Shown: positions 17,396-26,060, numbered from the stretch's first letter. The stretch is DNA of 34,702 bases from an uncultured Gammaproteobacteria bacterium (GCA_964641285.1 CAZXKB010000029.1:1-34702); one strand, 5' to 3'. The notes: a model not told the origin generated them from the letters alone. Translations and numbers: made by a program.

Positions 17396-18460
17396 TTATT
17401 TACTAAACAAAAATCGACAAATATCTCCATCCTGCACTATATAGTCTTTGCCCTCAGTCCTAATTAAGCCTTTTTCTCTAGCCGCTTGTTCACCGCCCGC
17501 TTCAATAAACTCCTGCCAGTTAATTACTTCGGCCCGGATAAAACCTCTTTCCATATCAGTATGAATTCTGCCCGCGGCTTGAGAAATTTTTGCCCCCTCC
17601 TCCACAGTCCAAGCCCGAGTTTCTTCAGACTTAATTGTAAAAAACGTTATTAAATTAAGCAATTTATAAGAAGTCTTAATTAATTTTTCCAATCCGCTTT
17701 GCTCCAAGCCAAGTTCTTTAATATATTCCTTTTGTTCCGCTTCGGCCAAATTGGAAATTTCTTCTTCTAGTTTGGCATTAATCTTTATATATTCTCCATC
17801 CCAACTATCAACAACTGGCTTATTGTCCTGTTCATCTTCATTTATCGCATAAATAATAGGCTTTGTGGTTAATAAATTTAAACTTTTTATAATCTCTTTC
17901 TCTTCTTTGCTTAATTCAAGTTCATGGACGGATTGGCCGGCTTCTAAAACTTGCTTAATTTTTTCCAACAAGCTCTGTTTTTCTTTTATCTCTTGATTGC
18001 CGCTTTTAGCTTCTTTTATAATTTTGGCTAAACTTTTTTCAATAGTTTGGAGGTCAGCCATAATTAATTCCATATTAACTATTTCCTTGTCGCTGGCTGG
18101 GTCAATTTTTCCATGTACATGGATTACTTTGTTATCACTAAAAACTCTAACTACCTCGCAGATAGCATTACATTCTCTGATATGAGATAAAAATTGATTG
18201 CCCAGGCCTTCGCCCTTATAAGCGTCTTTAACTAGGCCAGCAATATCAACAAATTCAATAATTGTAGGTGTAATTTTTTTAGGATTGGTTATGGCAGCAA
18301 TTTCTTCTAAACGTTCATCCGGCACCACTACTGCTCCCACGTTAGGATTAATTGTGCAGAAAGGATAATTTGATGCTTCTACTTTTCTCCTGGTTAAAGC
18401 ATTAAATAAAGTGGACTTACCCACGTTAGGTAATCCAACTATACTAATAGATAACGACAT
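17396..18460 (-). CDS. ychF: Ribosome-binding ATPase YchF
   Basis: 354 aa. The G1 motif is GLPNVGKSTLFNALT, followed by NYPFCTI, DIAGLVKDA, a coiled-coil insert and a TGS-like C-terminus. Confidence 0.95.
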   Translation of the reverse strand: MSLSISIVGLPNVGKSTLFNALTRRKVEASNYPFCTINPNVGAVVVPDERLEEIAAITNPKKITPTIIEFVDIAGLVKDAYKGEGLGNQFLSHIRECNAICEVVRVFSDNKVIHVHGKIDPASDKEIVNMELIMADLQTIEKSLAKIIKEAKSGNQEIKEKQSLLEKIKQVLEAGQSVHELELSKEEKEIIKSLNLLTTKPIIYAINEDEQDNKPVVDSWDGEYIKINAKLEEEISNLAEAEQKEYIKELGLEQSGLEKLIKTSYKLLNLITFFTIKSEETRAWTVEEGAKISQAAGRIHTDMERGFIRAEVINWQEFIEAGGEQAAREKGLIRTEGKDYIVQDGDICRFLFSK

Positions 18461-18663
18461 TTTACTTTTGTAATATTAACTATTTTATCTTAACAAACTA
18501 ATAATCATTTTACAATTACTTGATAATAGCATAACTTATGCTTATTTGTTTTTTTTGACAACAAGTTAAAGCCCTAATGGGCAAAAATAACAATTTAAAA
18601 ATATTATAATTTTTTAATCTTTATTTAATTTCTTTATAATATATTTAATATATAAACTAATGG

Positions 18664-18692
18664 TTGGCAAATTATATTATTTAATATATAAT
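18664..18692 (+). promoter_or_regulatory. sigma70-like promoter candidate for the two-component operon
   Basis: TTGGCA (18664-18669), a 17-nt spacer, then TATAAT (18687-18692), 60 nt upstream of ATG 18753. Confidence 0.4.
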
Positions 18693-18752
18693 AATTCAAT
18701 CAAATATGGACGCAAGGTTATAGAATTAACTTAGCGTTACATAAAAAAATAT

Positions 18753-19439
18753 ATGACTATACTAATAGTTGAAGATGAAATAAAAATTACTCGTTTCATT
18801 AAAAGGGGCTTGGAAATGGAGCATTACACTGTTGATGCGGCGTATGACGGCCAGGAAGCTTTGGAAAAAGCTGAAATAAATAATTACGATTTAATTATTT
18901 TAGATATTATGCTGCCGAAAATGGATGGCTTGGCAGTCTGCCAAAAATTACGGGAAAACAAAATTGATACCCCGATAATAATGCTTACTGCCCGAGACAC
19001 GGTGGAGGACCGCATTAAAGGCCTTGATATGGGAGCGGATGACTATCTTATTAAACCTTTTGCTTTCGGTGAATTAGTAGCTCGGGTACGGGCTTTACTC
19101 CGGCGGGAAAAAACAGTTAAATCAACCAAGCTTCAAATCGGCGACCTAATTTTAGACCCGGCTACGCATGAAGTTTATCGAGAAAATAAAGAAATACCAC
19201 TATCAAGCAAAGAATATCGTCTCCTAGATTATATGATGCGACGACCAAGCCATGTTTGTACCCGCACTATGATTGGTGAACACATTTGGGGATATAATTT
19301 TACCGATGATTCCAATGTTATTGATGTCTATATTAGCTATCTTAGGCGTAAAATTGACAATGGCTTTAAAAATAAATTAATCCATACGGTTCGCGATGTC
19401 GGCTATAAAATCCAGGATAAAACAACCAAAAAAAATTAA
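18753..19439 (+). CDS. OmpR/PhoB-family response regulator (REC + winged-helix DNA binding)
   Basis: 228 aa. ILIVEDE...DLIILDIMLPKMDG...ADDYLIKPF, then the winged-helix output EYRLLDYMMRRP...IDVYISYLRRKI...IHTVRDVGYK. Confidence 0.92.
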   Translation: MTILIVEDEIKITRFIKRGLEMEHYTVDAAYDGQEALEKAEINNYDLIILDIMLPKMDGLAVCQKLRENKIDTPIIMLTARDTVEDRIKGLDMGADDYLIKPFAFGELVARVRALLRREKTVKSTKLQIGDLILDPATHEVYRENKEIPLSSKEYRLLDYMMRRPSHVCTRTMIGEHIWGYNFTDDSNVIDVYISYLRRKIDNGFKNKLIHTVRDVGYKIQDKTTKKN

Positions 19440-19450
19440 CTTAATCTAAA

Positions 19451-22400
19451 ATGAAGTTAATAAACAAAATAACCCAAATTAAACAAATCATTACTCCAAT
19501 CTGTGATTTAAAAACCACCTTTGATTCTTTATTACAAAAAATTGAATTAATAAAGGGAGAGCTGAATTTAAATAAAATTTATTATACTATTGGCGATGAA
19601 ATGAAAAAAGTGAAGATTAGTACGGTTATTTCCATAATAGATGACGCAAGAGAAAATGCAATTGTAAGATATTTTAAATTAAAAAATGCTTACCAGGAAG
19701 GTTTTTTTGAGGAAAGGCTCCAGAAAATAAAAATTACTAAATTTAAAATGCACCAACAAGTATTTAATAAAAAACAAACTGTTTTTTGTAAAAATAGAAT
19801 TGGACAGCTTAAAAAAAATTTGCCTGGCTTAAAATCATTTCTAAATAAAATTGAAGAAAGCAACTCAATCATTTCGCCTCTTATTTTAAAAGGTGAAGTA
19901 ATTGGCGTTTTGGAAATCTTTTCAAAAAATTTAACTAAAAAGGATGTTAATTTTGTCAAAAATTTTACTCAGGATTTAACCCTTAGTATTGCCAATACGA
20001 TTCTTTTTCAGGAAATAAAAAAATCAGAAGAACGTTACCGGGAATTATGGGACAACGCTCCGGTAGCTTATCATGTTTTAGATACCAGGGGCATAATTAG
20101 GAAAGTTAATAAATCCGAAGCTAAAATGCTCGGCTCTCCCCAGGAACTAATGATTGGCCGTTCAATTTTCGAATTTATATTGCCAGAGCAAAGAGCCGAA
20201 GCCAGACAAAGATTTAAGAAAAAAATATCCGGAGAAAAAATTCCAAAAACAGAAAATAGAATATATGTTAAAAGGGGCGGCACAAAAATTTATGTGTCTA
20301 TTGATGATATTTTGGAATATGATCATACTGGCAAAATTATTGGCATACGAACAACCATGATTGATATAACCGAACGCAAAAATGCAGAAAAAGTATTAAA
20401 AATAAAAAACGATGCCATTGAATCTTCCCTTGATGCGATTGCCATATCTGATTTAGGCGGGAAAATAACTTATGTTAACCCGTCTTTTCTTAAATTCTGG
20501 AATTATAAAAATAAAAATGAAGTCATCGGTAAATCGGCGGCTGAATTCTGGCGGTCAAAAACAAAAGCAGCTGAAATTATAAAAATCCTAAAGAAAAAAA
20601 ATAAATGGTCCGGCGAACTAATGGCCAAGAAAAAAAACGGAAGCTTTTTTAATGTTCAAATTTCAGCTAGCGTAGTAATGAACGAGGCCGGAAAACCCAT
20701 TAGCCTTATGGCTTCATTTGTCGATATTACAAAGCTAAAAACAACACAAAGGGCTCTTTTGGACAGTGAAAAAAAATACAGAAAATTGGTAGATAACGCT
20801 AATGATGGCGTAATTATAATTAACACTAAAGGTTATATAACTTTTGCCAATAAAGCTTTTTGCAAAATAAGCGGTTACAGCAAAAAGGATTTGACTAATT
20901 TTCACTTTTTTAGATTAGTACACCCCGATGAACTTGATGCAATAAAAAAACGCTTTCAAGGCAGGTTAAAAAGAGATGGGATAGCACCAAATTATGAATT
21001 TAAGGCTATTGATAAAAAGGGAGGGATAAAATTCGTAAGTACATCCGGAACTCCGATGGTAGAGGGCGGCAAAACAATCGGAGTCCAAGAGATTGTCAGA
21101 GACATTACAGAAAAGAAGAAGTTACAAAAAAAAATCGAGCAAGCCAAAGAACATTTTGAACAAATAATTGATACTATTCAAGATGGTATTTGCGTTATTG
21201 ATAGAAATTTTAAAATTGTCGGCTGTAATAAAGAATTTGCTAAACAGGCAAAACTTTCTTTCTCGCAAATTAAAGGCAAAAAGTGCCAGGAAGTTATTCC
21301 GCATTATAAAAATGAATTATTCAAAAATCATTGTGCTCACATGATGTGCGGTAATGGCTGTCTGGTTGATAAGGTTTTTTTGGAAGGAAAAAAATTATCA
21401 TTTGTTGAAAGAGAAAAAGATAATATGGGAAAAATATTTTATCACAGAATTATTATTTTTCCGGCCAAAAATAATAAAGGTGAAGTCTATCAAATTGTTT
21501 TAGTTGTTGAAGATATCACCGAGGGAAAAAAGGCTGAAGAAAAAATAAAACAACTCCATGAATTTAATAAAAGAATATTGGATAATTCTCCTGTTAGTAT
21601 TATAGTTTTAGATAAAAAGGGTATAGTAATCGCGGTTAATAATTTAGCCAAAAAAATAATGAATAAAACAGACGAGCAAGCCATAAACAGGAAACTAACA
21701 AATACTAAAAGTATTAAAAATAATAAAGAACTCTTAAAAAAGTATCACCTATTATTAAGGGAAGGGAAGCCATTTTTCTATAAAAATATGTCTTATTCTC
21801 CGGAAAAAAGCAAAAAGCAACTATTTTTAAATATTATCGCCGTGCCTCTATTTGACAAAAACAAAAAAATTGATGGGGCTATTTCTATGGCTTTAGATAA
21901 CACAGAAGCGATTTCAGCTAAAAGGAAATTGGAAGAATTGAACCGAAATTTAGAACAAAGAGTTATAGAAAGAACAAACCAGCTTGATAAAATCAATAAG
22001 CAACTTAATAAAATCTTAGAACTCAAGTCAAAATTTATATCAGACGCTTCCCATGAATTAAGAACGCCATTAACCATCATACAGGGCAATCTAGATTTGG
22101 CTATTCGCGAAACTAAAAATCTAAACAATGATATCCCGGAAACTTTTAGCTTAATTAACAAAGAAATAGAACAAATATCCAGCATTTTAACTGATTTAAC
22201 CATGTTGACTAACTCCGACTCCCAGACAGAAAGACTGGCATATGAAAAAATTGATTTAGCCCAATTAATTAAAGCTGTAAGCCAGTCATTGGGAATCTTG
22301 GCCTTGCAAAAAAATATAACAATTAAAAACAAAGCAAGCTCTGATAATTTTAATATTATGGGCGATGAGGCTAAATTAGAAAAATTATTGCTTAATATTG

Positions 22401-22738
22401 TTCGTAACGCCATTAAATATAATAAGGAAAATGGCTGGGTTAAAATTTGGACTGAAAAAATTAATGATGAAGCAAGGATTATTGTAGAAGATAATGGTCT
22501 TGGTATTCCGAGGCAGGATTTGCCCTATATTTTTGAACGCTTTTATCGAGTAGATAAATCCAGGTCACGAAATGAAGAAGGCGGAACAGGGCTGGGTTTA
22601 TCTATTGCTAAATGGATTGCTGAGGCCCATAAGGGCAAAATTAGCGCGGAAAGCACTTTGGGTAAAGGCTCAAAATTTACCATTCATCTACCATTGGATT
22701 ATAAAAATCAGAAAAAAGCTATTGGCTTATTCGAATAA
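19451..22738 (+). CDS. Soluble sensor histidine kinase: GAF-like + five PAS + HisKA + HATPase_c
   Basis: 1095 aa, starting 11 nt after the RR stop, with no hydrophobic TM run. The N-terminal GAF-like domain ends in ILKGEVIGVLEIFS. Five PAS-like blocks are each closed by a DITE(R/K)K-type motif. The H-box is SHELRTPL (His868), with N-box NAIKYN, G1 DNGLGIP and G2 GGTGLGLSIA. Confidence 0.9.
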   Translation: MKLINKITQIKQIITPICDLKTTFDSLLQKIELIKGELNLNKIYYTIGDEMKKVKISTVISIIDDARENAIVRYFKLKNAYQEGFFEERLQKIKITKFKMHQQVFNKKQTVFCKNRIGQLKKNLPGLKSFLNKIEESNSIISPLILKGEVIGVLEIFSKNLTKKDVNFVKNFTQDLTLSIANTILFQEIKKSEERYRELWDNAPVAYHVLDTRGIIRKVNKSEAKMLGSPQELMIGRSIFEFILPEQRAEARQRFKKKISGEKIPKTENRIYVKRGGTKIYVSIDDILEYDHTGKIIGIRTTMIDITERKNAEKVLKIKNDAIESSLDAIAISDLGGKITYVNPSFLKFWNYKNKNEVIGKSAAEFWRSKTKAAEIIKILKKKNKWSGELMAKKKNGSFFNVQISASVVMNEAGKPISLMASFVDITKLKTTQRALLDSEKKYRKLVDNANDGVIIINTKGYITFANKAFCKISGYSKKDLTNFHFFRLVHPDELDAIKKRFQGRLKRDGIAPNYEFKAIDKKGGIKFVSTSGTPMVEGGKTIGVQEIVRDITEKKKLQKKIEQAKEHFEQIIDTIQDGICVIDRNFKIVGCNKEFAKQAKLSFSQIKGKKCQEVIPHYKNELFKNHCAHMMCGNGCLVDKVFLEGKKLSFVEREKDNMGKIFYHRIIIFPAKNNKGEVYQIVLVVEDITEGKKAEEKIKQLHEFNKRILDNSPVSIIVLDKKGIVIAVNNLAKKIMNKTDEQAINRKLTNTKSIKNNKELLKKYHLLLREGKPFFYKNMSYSPEKSKKQLFLNIIAVPLFDKNKKIDGAISMALDNTEAISAKRKLEELNRNLEQRVIERTNQLDKINKQLNKILELKSKFISDASHELRTPLTIIQGNLDLAIRETKNLNNDIPETFSLINKEIEQISSILTDLTMLTNSDSQTERLAYEKIDLAQLIKAVSQSLGILALQKNITIKNKASSDNFNIMGDEAKLEKLLLNIVRNAIKYNKENGWVKIWTEKINDEARIIVEDNGLGIPRQDLPYIFERFYRVDKSRSRNEEGGTGLGLSIAKWIAEAHKGKISAESTLGKGSKFTIHLPLDYKNQKKAIGLFE

Positions 22739-22777
22739 TCCTTACATTTCTATTCAAAAAGTGGTGTATTGGAGCGG

Positions 22778-22806
22778 TTGACAAACTTTATTTACTATGT
22801 TAATAC
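22778..22806 (+). promoter_or_regulatory. Possible separate promoter for the REC-radical SAM gene
   Basis: TTGACA (22778-22783), a 17-nt spacer, then TAATAC (22801-22806). The -35 is good and the -10 is weak. It lies in the 157-nt gap after the kinase stop. Confidence 0.3.
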
Positions 22807-22895
22807 GGTTTTATACATTAATCTGCTCTTTTTATTTATCAGAAGTTAGAATGGGCAATATTTAGACAAAAAATTTACCGAAAAGGAGGTGAAAA

Positions 22896-24218
22896 ATGAT
22901 GAAAAAAGGCAATGTGTTAATAATTGACGAAGATATAGGCATAGCCACAGAAACAAAAGAATTTCTTGAGCAGAAAGATTATAAAGTTGAAGTCGCTCAT
23001 GATGGAGCCATGGCCTTACAATCCCTGCAATCATCCAAATATCATATACTGATTACAGATTTAAAATTACCAGAAATAAACGGAATTGAATTAATAAAAG
23101 AAGTAGTGAAAAAAGATCGGGATATAGCAATAATTCTAGCTACGGAATCTGCAGAAACAGAAACGATTGCCGGTGCCAAAGAACTAGGGGTAAAAGAATC
23201 AATTTCTAAGCCATACTCATTCGAATTTCTTTATAAAACAATCAGCAGACTTTTGGCTGATAAAGCTCTTGGCAAAAAAAAGAAAAACTTTCTAAGACGC
23301 CTTCAAGCAACAACGGAGATAGAATTAATTCACAGAAGCACTATTGATATTGAAAGATACACTTCCGGGTCAGAAAATCTATTTTGCCTCATGAACAATT
23401 CACAGGTAGTCCTTATTATCCTTTACTTATTCCATTTACAAATCAGGCATGGTATTTGCTTATCGGTTTCGCTTGGTTGTCCAAAAAATTGCTCTAAATG
23501 TTTTTCTGGAACACAAATGGATTTTGTTAGGCACTTTTCTGCTGAGGAAATGCTGGCTATGGTTAAAATAGCTTTAAAGGAAAGCTTCTATTTTGATGAG
23601 TCTTTCTGGCTTTATGACATGCCCTTCTTTGTTGCAGTAATGGGTTCGGGTGATATTGCTTTCAATTTTAATGAAACTATTCAGGCCATGGAAAAGTTGC
23701 ACCAACTTTTTCCTGAAAGATTTATCTGTAATATTTCCACTGCTTTCAGTAAAGGGGTTAAACAATTAAGGGCTTTTGTAAAAAATCAACTAAAAACTGC
23801 TAAACGGCCCTTTATGCCTAATTTGCAAATCTCGCTAGACAGCACCAGAGAAAAGACTAGATCGTCCATAATTGACTCGGACGAGAATCCACTTATCTTT
23901 ATCAAGGAGGCTGAAAAATACTATGATTTAACACGAAAGATAGTTATAGCTAATTTTGTCATGTGTCAGGGTATAAATGATACCAAAATAGAAATGCGGG
24001 AAATAATTAAATCTCTAAGCCCAGAAAAATTTAAAATTAAAATGTCTAAATCAAAACTTCCTCCCGGGAGCAAGCTAATTTCTGCGCCGGAAGAAAGTAT
24101 CAAAAACATAGCTGATTCACTTGAAAAATCCGGATTTGAAGTGGAGATATTTGATGAGAAAAAACAAATGGGGTTTGAAACCGGAGGAAGCTGTGGCAGT
24201 ATTGTCCATCACTTTTAA
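22896..24218 (+). CDS. Fusion protein: CheY-like receiver domain + RlmN/Cfr-family radical SAM methyl synthase domain
   Basis: 440 aa with a strong RBS, AAGGAGGTG (22883-22891). The REC domain has D11/E12/D13, D55 (ILITDLKLP), T83 and K105-P. The radical SAM part has C188-x6-C195PKNC199SKC202, then MGSGD, ISTA, ISLDS and a C-terminal GGSC433GS. It is colinear with RlmN. Confidence 0.8.
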   Translation: MMKKGNVLIIDEDIGIATETKEFLEQKDYKVEVAHDGAMALQSLQSSKYHILITDLKLPEINGIELIKEVVKKDRDIAIILATESAETETIAGAKELGVKESISKPYSFEFLYKTISRLLADKALGKKKKNFLRRLQATTEIELIHRSTIDIERYTSGSENLFCLMNNSQVVLIILYLFHLQIRHGICLSVSLGCPKNCSKCFSGTQMDFVRHFSAEEMLAMVKIALKESFYFDESFWLYDMPFFVAVMGSGDIAFNFNETIQAMEKLHQLFPERFICNISTAFSKGVKQLRAFVKNQLKTAKRPFMPNLQISLDSTREKTRSSIIDSDENPLIFIKEAEKYYDLTRKIVIANFVMCQGINDTKIEMREIIKSLSPEKFKIKMSKSKLPPGSKLISAPEESIKNIADSLEKSGFEVEIFDEKKQMGFETGGSCGSIVHHF

Positions 24219-24261
24219 GGGTAATTTCGTTATTATAAACTAATGAAATTACCCTTTTTTA
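24217..24261 (+). terminator. Intrinsic terminator after the REC-radical SAM gene
   Basis: Perfect 12-bp stem AAGGGTAATTTC (24217-24228) / GAAATTACCCTT (24245-24256), followed by TTTTA. Confidence 0.65.
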
Positions 24262-24358
24262 TTGTAAAATTTTTAAAACTAACTATTGGCTTTAATTAAA
24301 TAAAAAAAACAAACCGGCTATTGGGTCGTCTTCTAAAAACATTAATAAAATTGTTCCG

Positions 24359-24769
24359 CTAGTTTTTAACTATAGTAATTATTATCTCTCTTTCTCTCGG
24401 CTTTTCGTCAAAATCAATTAGAACAATCTGCTGCCAGGCACCTAGTTGTAACTGCCCATTTTCTATGGGTACGGTTATATCCGGTCCGACTAAAGCCGCT
24501 TTAATATGGGCGGCGCCATTATGATCACTCCAGCGCTGGTGATGTTTATAATCTGCTTTTTCCGGTGCCATATTTTCAAAAACATTTTTTAAATCTTCAA
24601 TAATTCCGCTTTCGTATTCCATGGTCGTGAGAGCCGCTGTGGACCCGGAAACAAAAATTACCGCCACGCCTTCCCGGATGTCACTCTTCTTCACTGCTTC
24701 AGCTATTTTCCCAGTTATATCAATAAAATCATAATGGCCTTTAGTTTGAATTATTATCTTTTCCCGCAT
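24359..24769 (-). CDS. yjbQ: YjbQ/UPF0047-family protein (secondary thiamine-phosphate synthase-like)
   Basis: 136 aa. DITGKI...GVAVIFVSGSTAALTTMEYE...DHNGAAHIKAALVGPDITVPIENGQLQLGAWQQIVLIDFD matches the UPF0047 pattern. Confidence 0.85.
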   Translation of the reverse strand: MREKIIIQTKGHYDFIDITGKIAEAVKKSDIREGVAVIFVSGSTAALTTMEYESGIIEDLKNVFENMAPEKADYKHHQRWSDHNGAAHIKAALVGPDITVPIENGQLQLGAWQQIVLIDFDEKPREREIIITIVKN

Positions 24770-24788
24770 AAATTAATATTGACAATTA

Positions 24789-25388
24789 TTATAATAATTG
24801 AAAATAAACAACTAATGCTAATATGATTAAACCAATAGTAGTAATTTCTTTAACATATCGCCACCTGGCAATTTTTTCTGCCATATAAATTACTAATAAT
24901 ATCTGTATTATCGTGGCCATATAAATTCCAATAACAGTAGCAATTTGGCTTACTAAGGAACCGAAAAATAAAGGGGTGAGAACAATAAAATCATCAATCA
25001 AAGTTATAAATGAAACTACAAAGCCTATGCCAACTAAACGCCAAAAACGCATGCCTGATATTTTTATTTCCACTTTCTTTTTGGTTCTTTCTATTCTCTT
25101 TACTTCTTTTTTGCCTAAAAAATCAAAGTAAACTAAAATCGCTAATAAAAAAATTAAACCGGAAGTAATAATCCGCGTATAAGGAAATTCTTCCAGGATA
25201 GAAGAAAGTGTCCAGGCTAAAATAATAGCTGCGGTCACCGCCGATAAATTACCAATGGAAAAAGCGATTCTTCCCATTCGGGCCCTGGTCACCTGCGCAA
25301 TTATAGGAATGCGGGTAATCGTATCGTCAAAACTCGCCAAAGCCTTAGCTAAAGCGCCAGCGATAAAATATTTTATTATATTCAACAT
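24789..25388 (-). CDS. Polytopic membrane protein, possibly CadD/LysE-superfamily-like
   Basis: 199 aa with about 6 TM segments in two halves. Each half is opened by an xDD motif (SFDDTITRIP and LIDDFIVLTP), separated by a basic loop. It sits 19 nt upstream of yjbQ, so the two are probably an operon. The family call is tentative. Confidence 0.35.
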   Translation of the reverse strand: MLNIIKYFIAGALAKALASFDDTITRIPIIAQVTRARMGRIAFSIGNLSAVTAAIILAWTLSSILEEFPYTRIITSGLIFLLAILVYFDFLGKKEVKRIERTKKKVEIKISGMRFWRLVGIGFVVSFITLIDDFIVLTPLFFGSLVSQIATVIGIYMATIIQILLVIYMAEKIARWRYVKEITTIGLIILALVVYFQLL

Positions 25389-25436
25389 ATTTAATAAATT
25401 ATATTTTTATTTTACCATTTTTATCTTAAAAATTCG

Positions 25437-25469
25437 ATTATAAAAAATTACGTAATTAATTACGTAATT
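25437..25469 (-). promoter_or_regulatory. Tandem 12-bp palindromes (operator candidate) abutting a TATAAT box upstream of the membrane-protein/yjbQ operon
   Basis: AATTACGTAATT occurs at 25446-25457 and again at 25458-25469; each copy is self-complementary. On the minus strand they are followed after TTT by TATAAT (25442-25437), about 50 nt upstream of ATG 25388. Confidence 0.4.
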
Positions 25470-25543
25470 CTTAAACTTTCTTATAATAAAAAATCGCATC
25501 CTCCGTCCTGCTAATTTATACTTCTGTAAAAACAGGGAATTGG

Positions 25544-25576
25544 AAAAAATAAAAAACACTCCTGATAGAGGGGTGT
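25544..25576 (-). terminator. Intrinsic terminator after the doc gene
   Basis: On the minus strand: ACACCCCT-CTATC-AGGAGTGT (8-bp stem, one A-C mismatch) followed by TTTTTTATTTTTT. Confidence 0.5.
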
Positions 25577-25631
25577 CTTAGTTGGGCGACTTGATAAAAT
25601 ATCAGGATTAAAATTATCTTTAATAATATTT

Positions 25632-26060
25632 TTAATCCCTATCCCGTAATCTCTTTTTAATAAACTTTTCTGTAAAATCAACCACTTCTTTTTTCGCTTC
25701 CGGCGGACTTTCCGCCACCCAACGAGCAAAATTGTATAATTCTACTTTATCAGCTCTTAACCATTTATTGTTCAAAAATAAAAAAACAAACAAGGTTGTT
25801 ACCGCTATTCTTTTATTGCCATTCTGAAACGGATGATTTTTAATAAGCAAATAGAATAAAATAGCGGCTTTACCAATAAACCCCTTATACAAATATCCTC
25901 TATTAAATTTCTGAAACGGGGCCATAATGCAACTTTCCAGTATATGCGGGTATCTGGTCTCAAAATCAGGAATTGGTTCATCCCAACTCATTGTTTGTAC
26001 TGCCAGCTCATGAGCAATATGTTTTATTTTTTCAATTGTAATATTTTGAATCTTATTCAT
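25632..26060 (-). CDS. doc: Doc (death-on-curing)/Fic-family toxin
   Basis: The Fic motif HPFQNGNKR is present. The start is chosen at ATG 26060 (MNKIQNITIEK...), which overlaps the upstream stop by 8 nt (ATGAATAA). The track start at 26126 would overlap by 74 nt. Confidence 0.85.
   Translation of the reverse strand: MNKIQNITIEKIKHIAHELAVQTMSWDEPIPDFETRYPHILESCIMAPFQKFNRGYLYKGFIGKAAILFYLLIKNHPFQNGNKRIAVTTLFVFLFLNNKWLRADKVELYNFARWVAESPPEAKKEVVDFTEKFIKKRLRDRD

Noticed and set aside
21793-22413. 206-aa ORF on the minus strand
   Set aside because: It lies entirely inside the well-supported + strand histidine-kinase gene (the HisKA/HATPase region). Its Leu/Ser/Phe/Ile-rich low-complexity composition is what the antisense of a K/E/N-rich AT-rich gene produces. 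It has no RBS and no recognisable motif.
25407-25499. 30-codon minus-strand ORF preceded by GGAGG
   Set aside because: The GGAGG abuts the ATG with no spacer, and the frame simply translates the tandem palindrome (..NYVINYVI..). The region is better explained as regulatory DNA.
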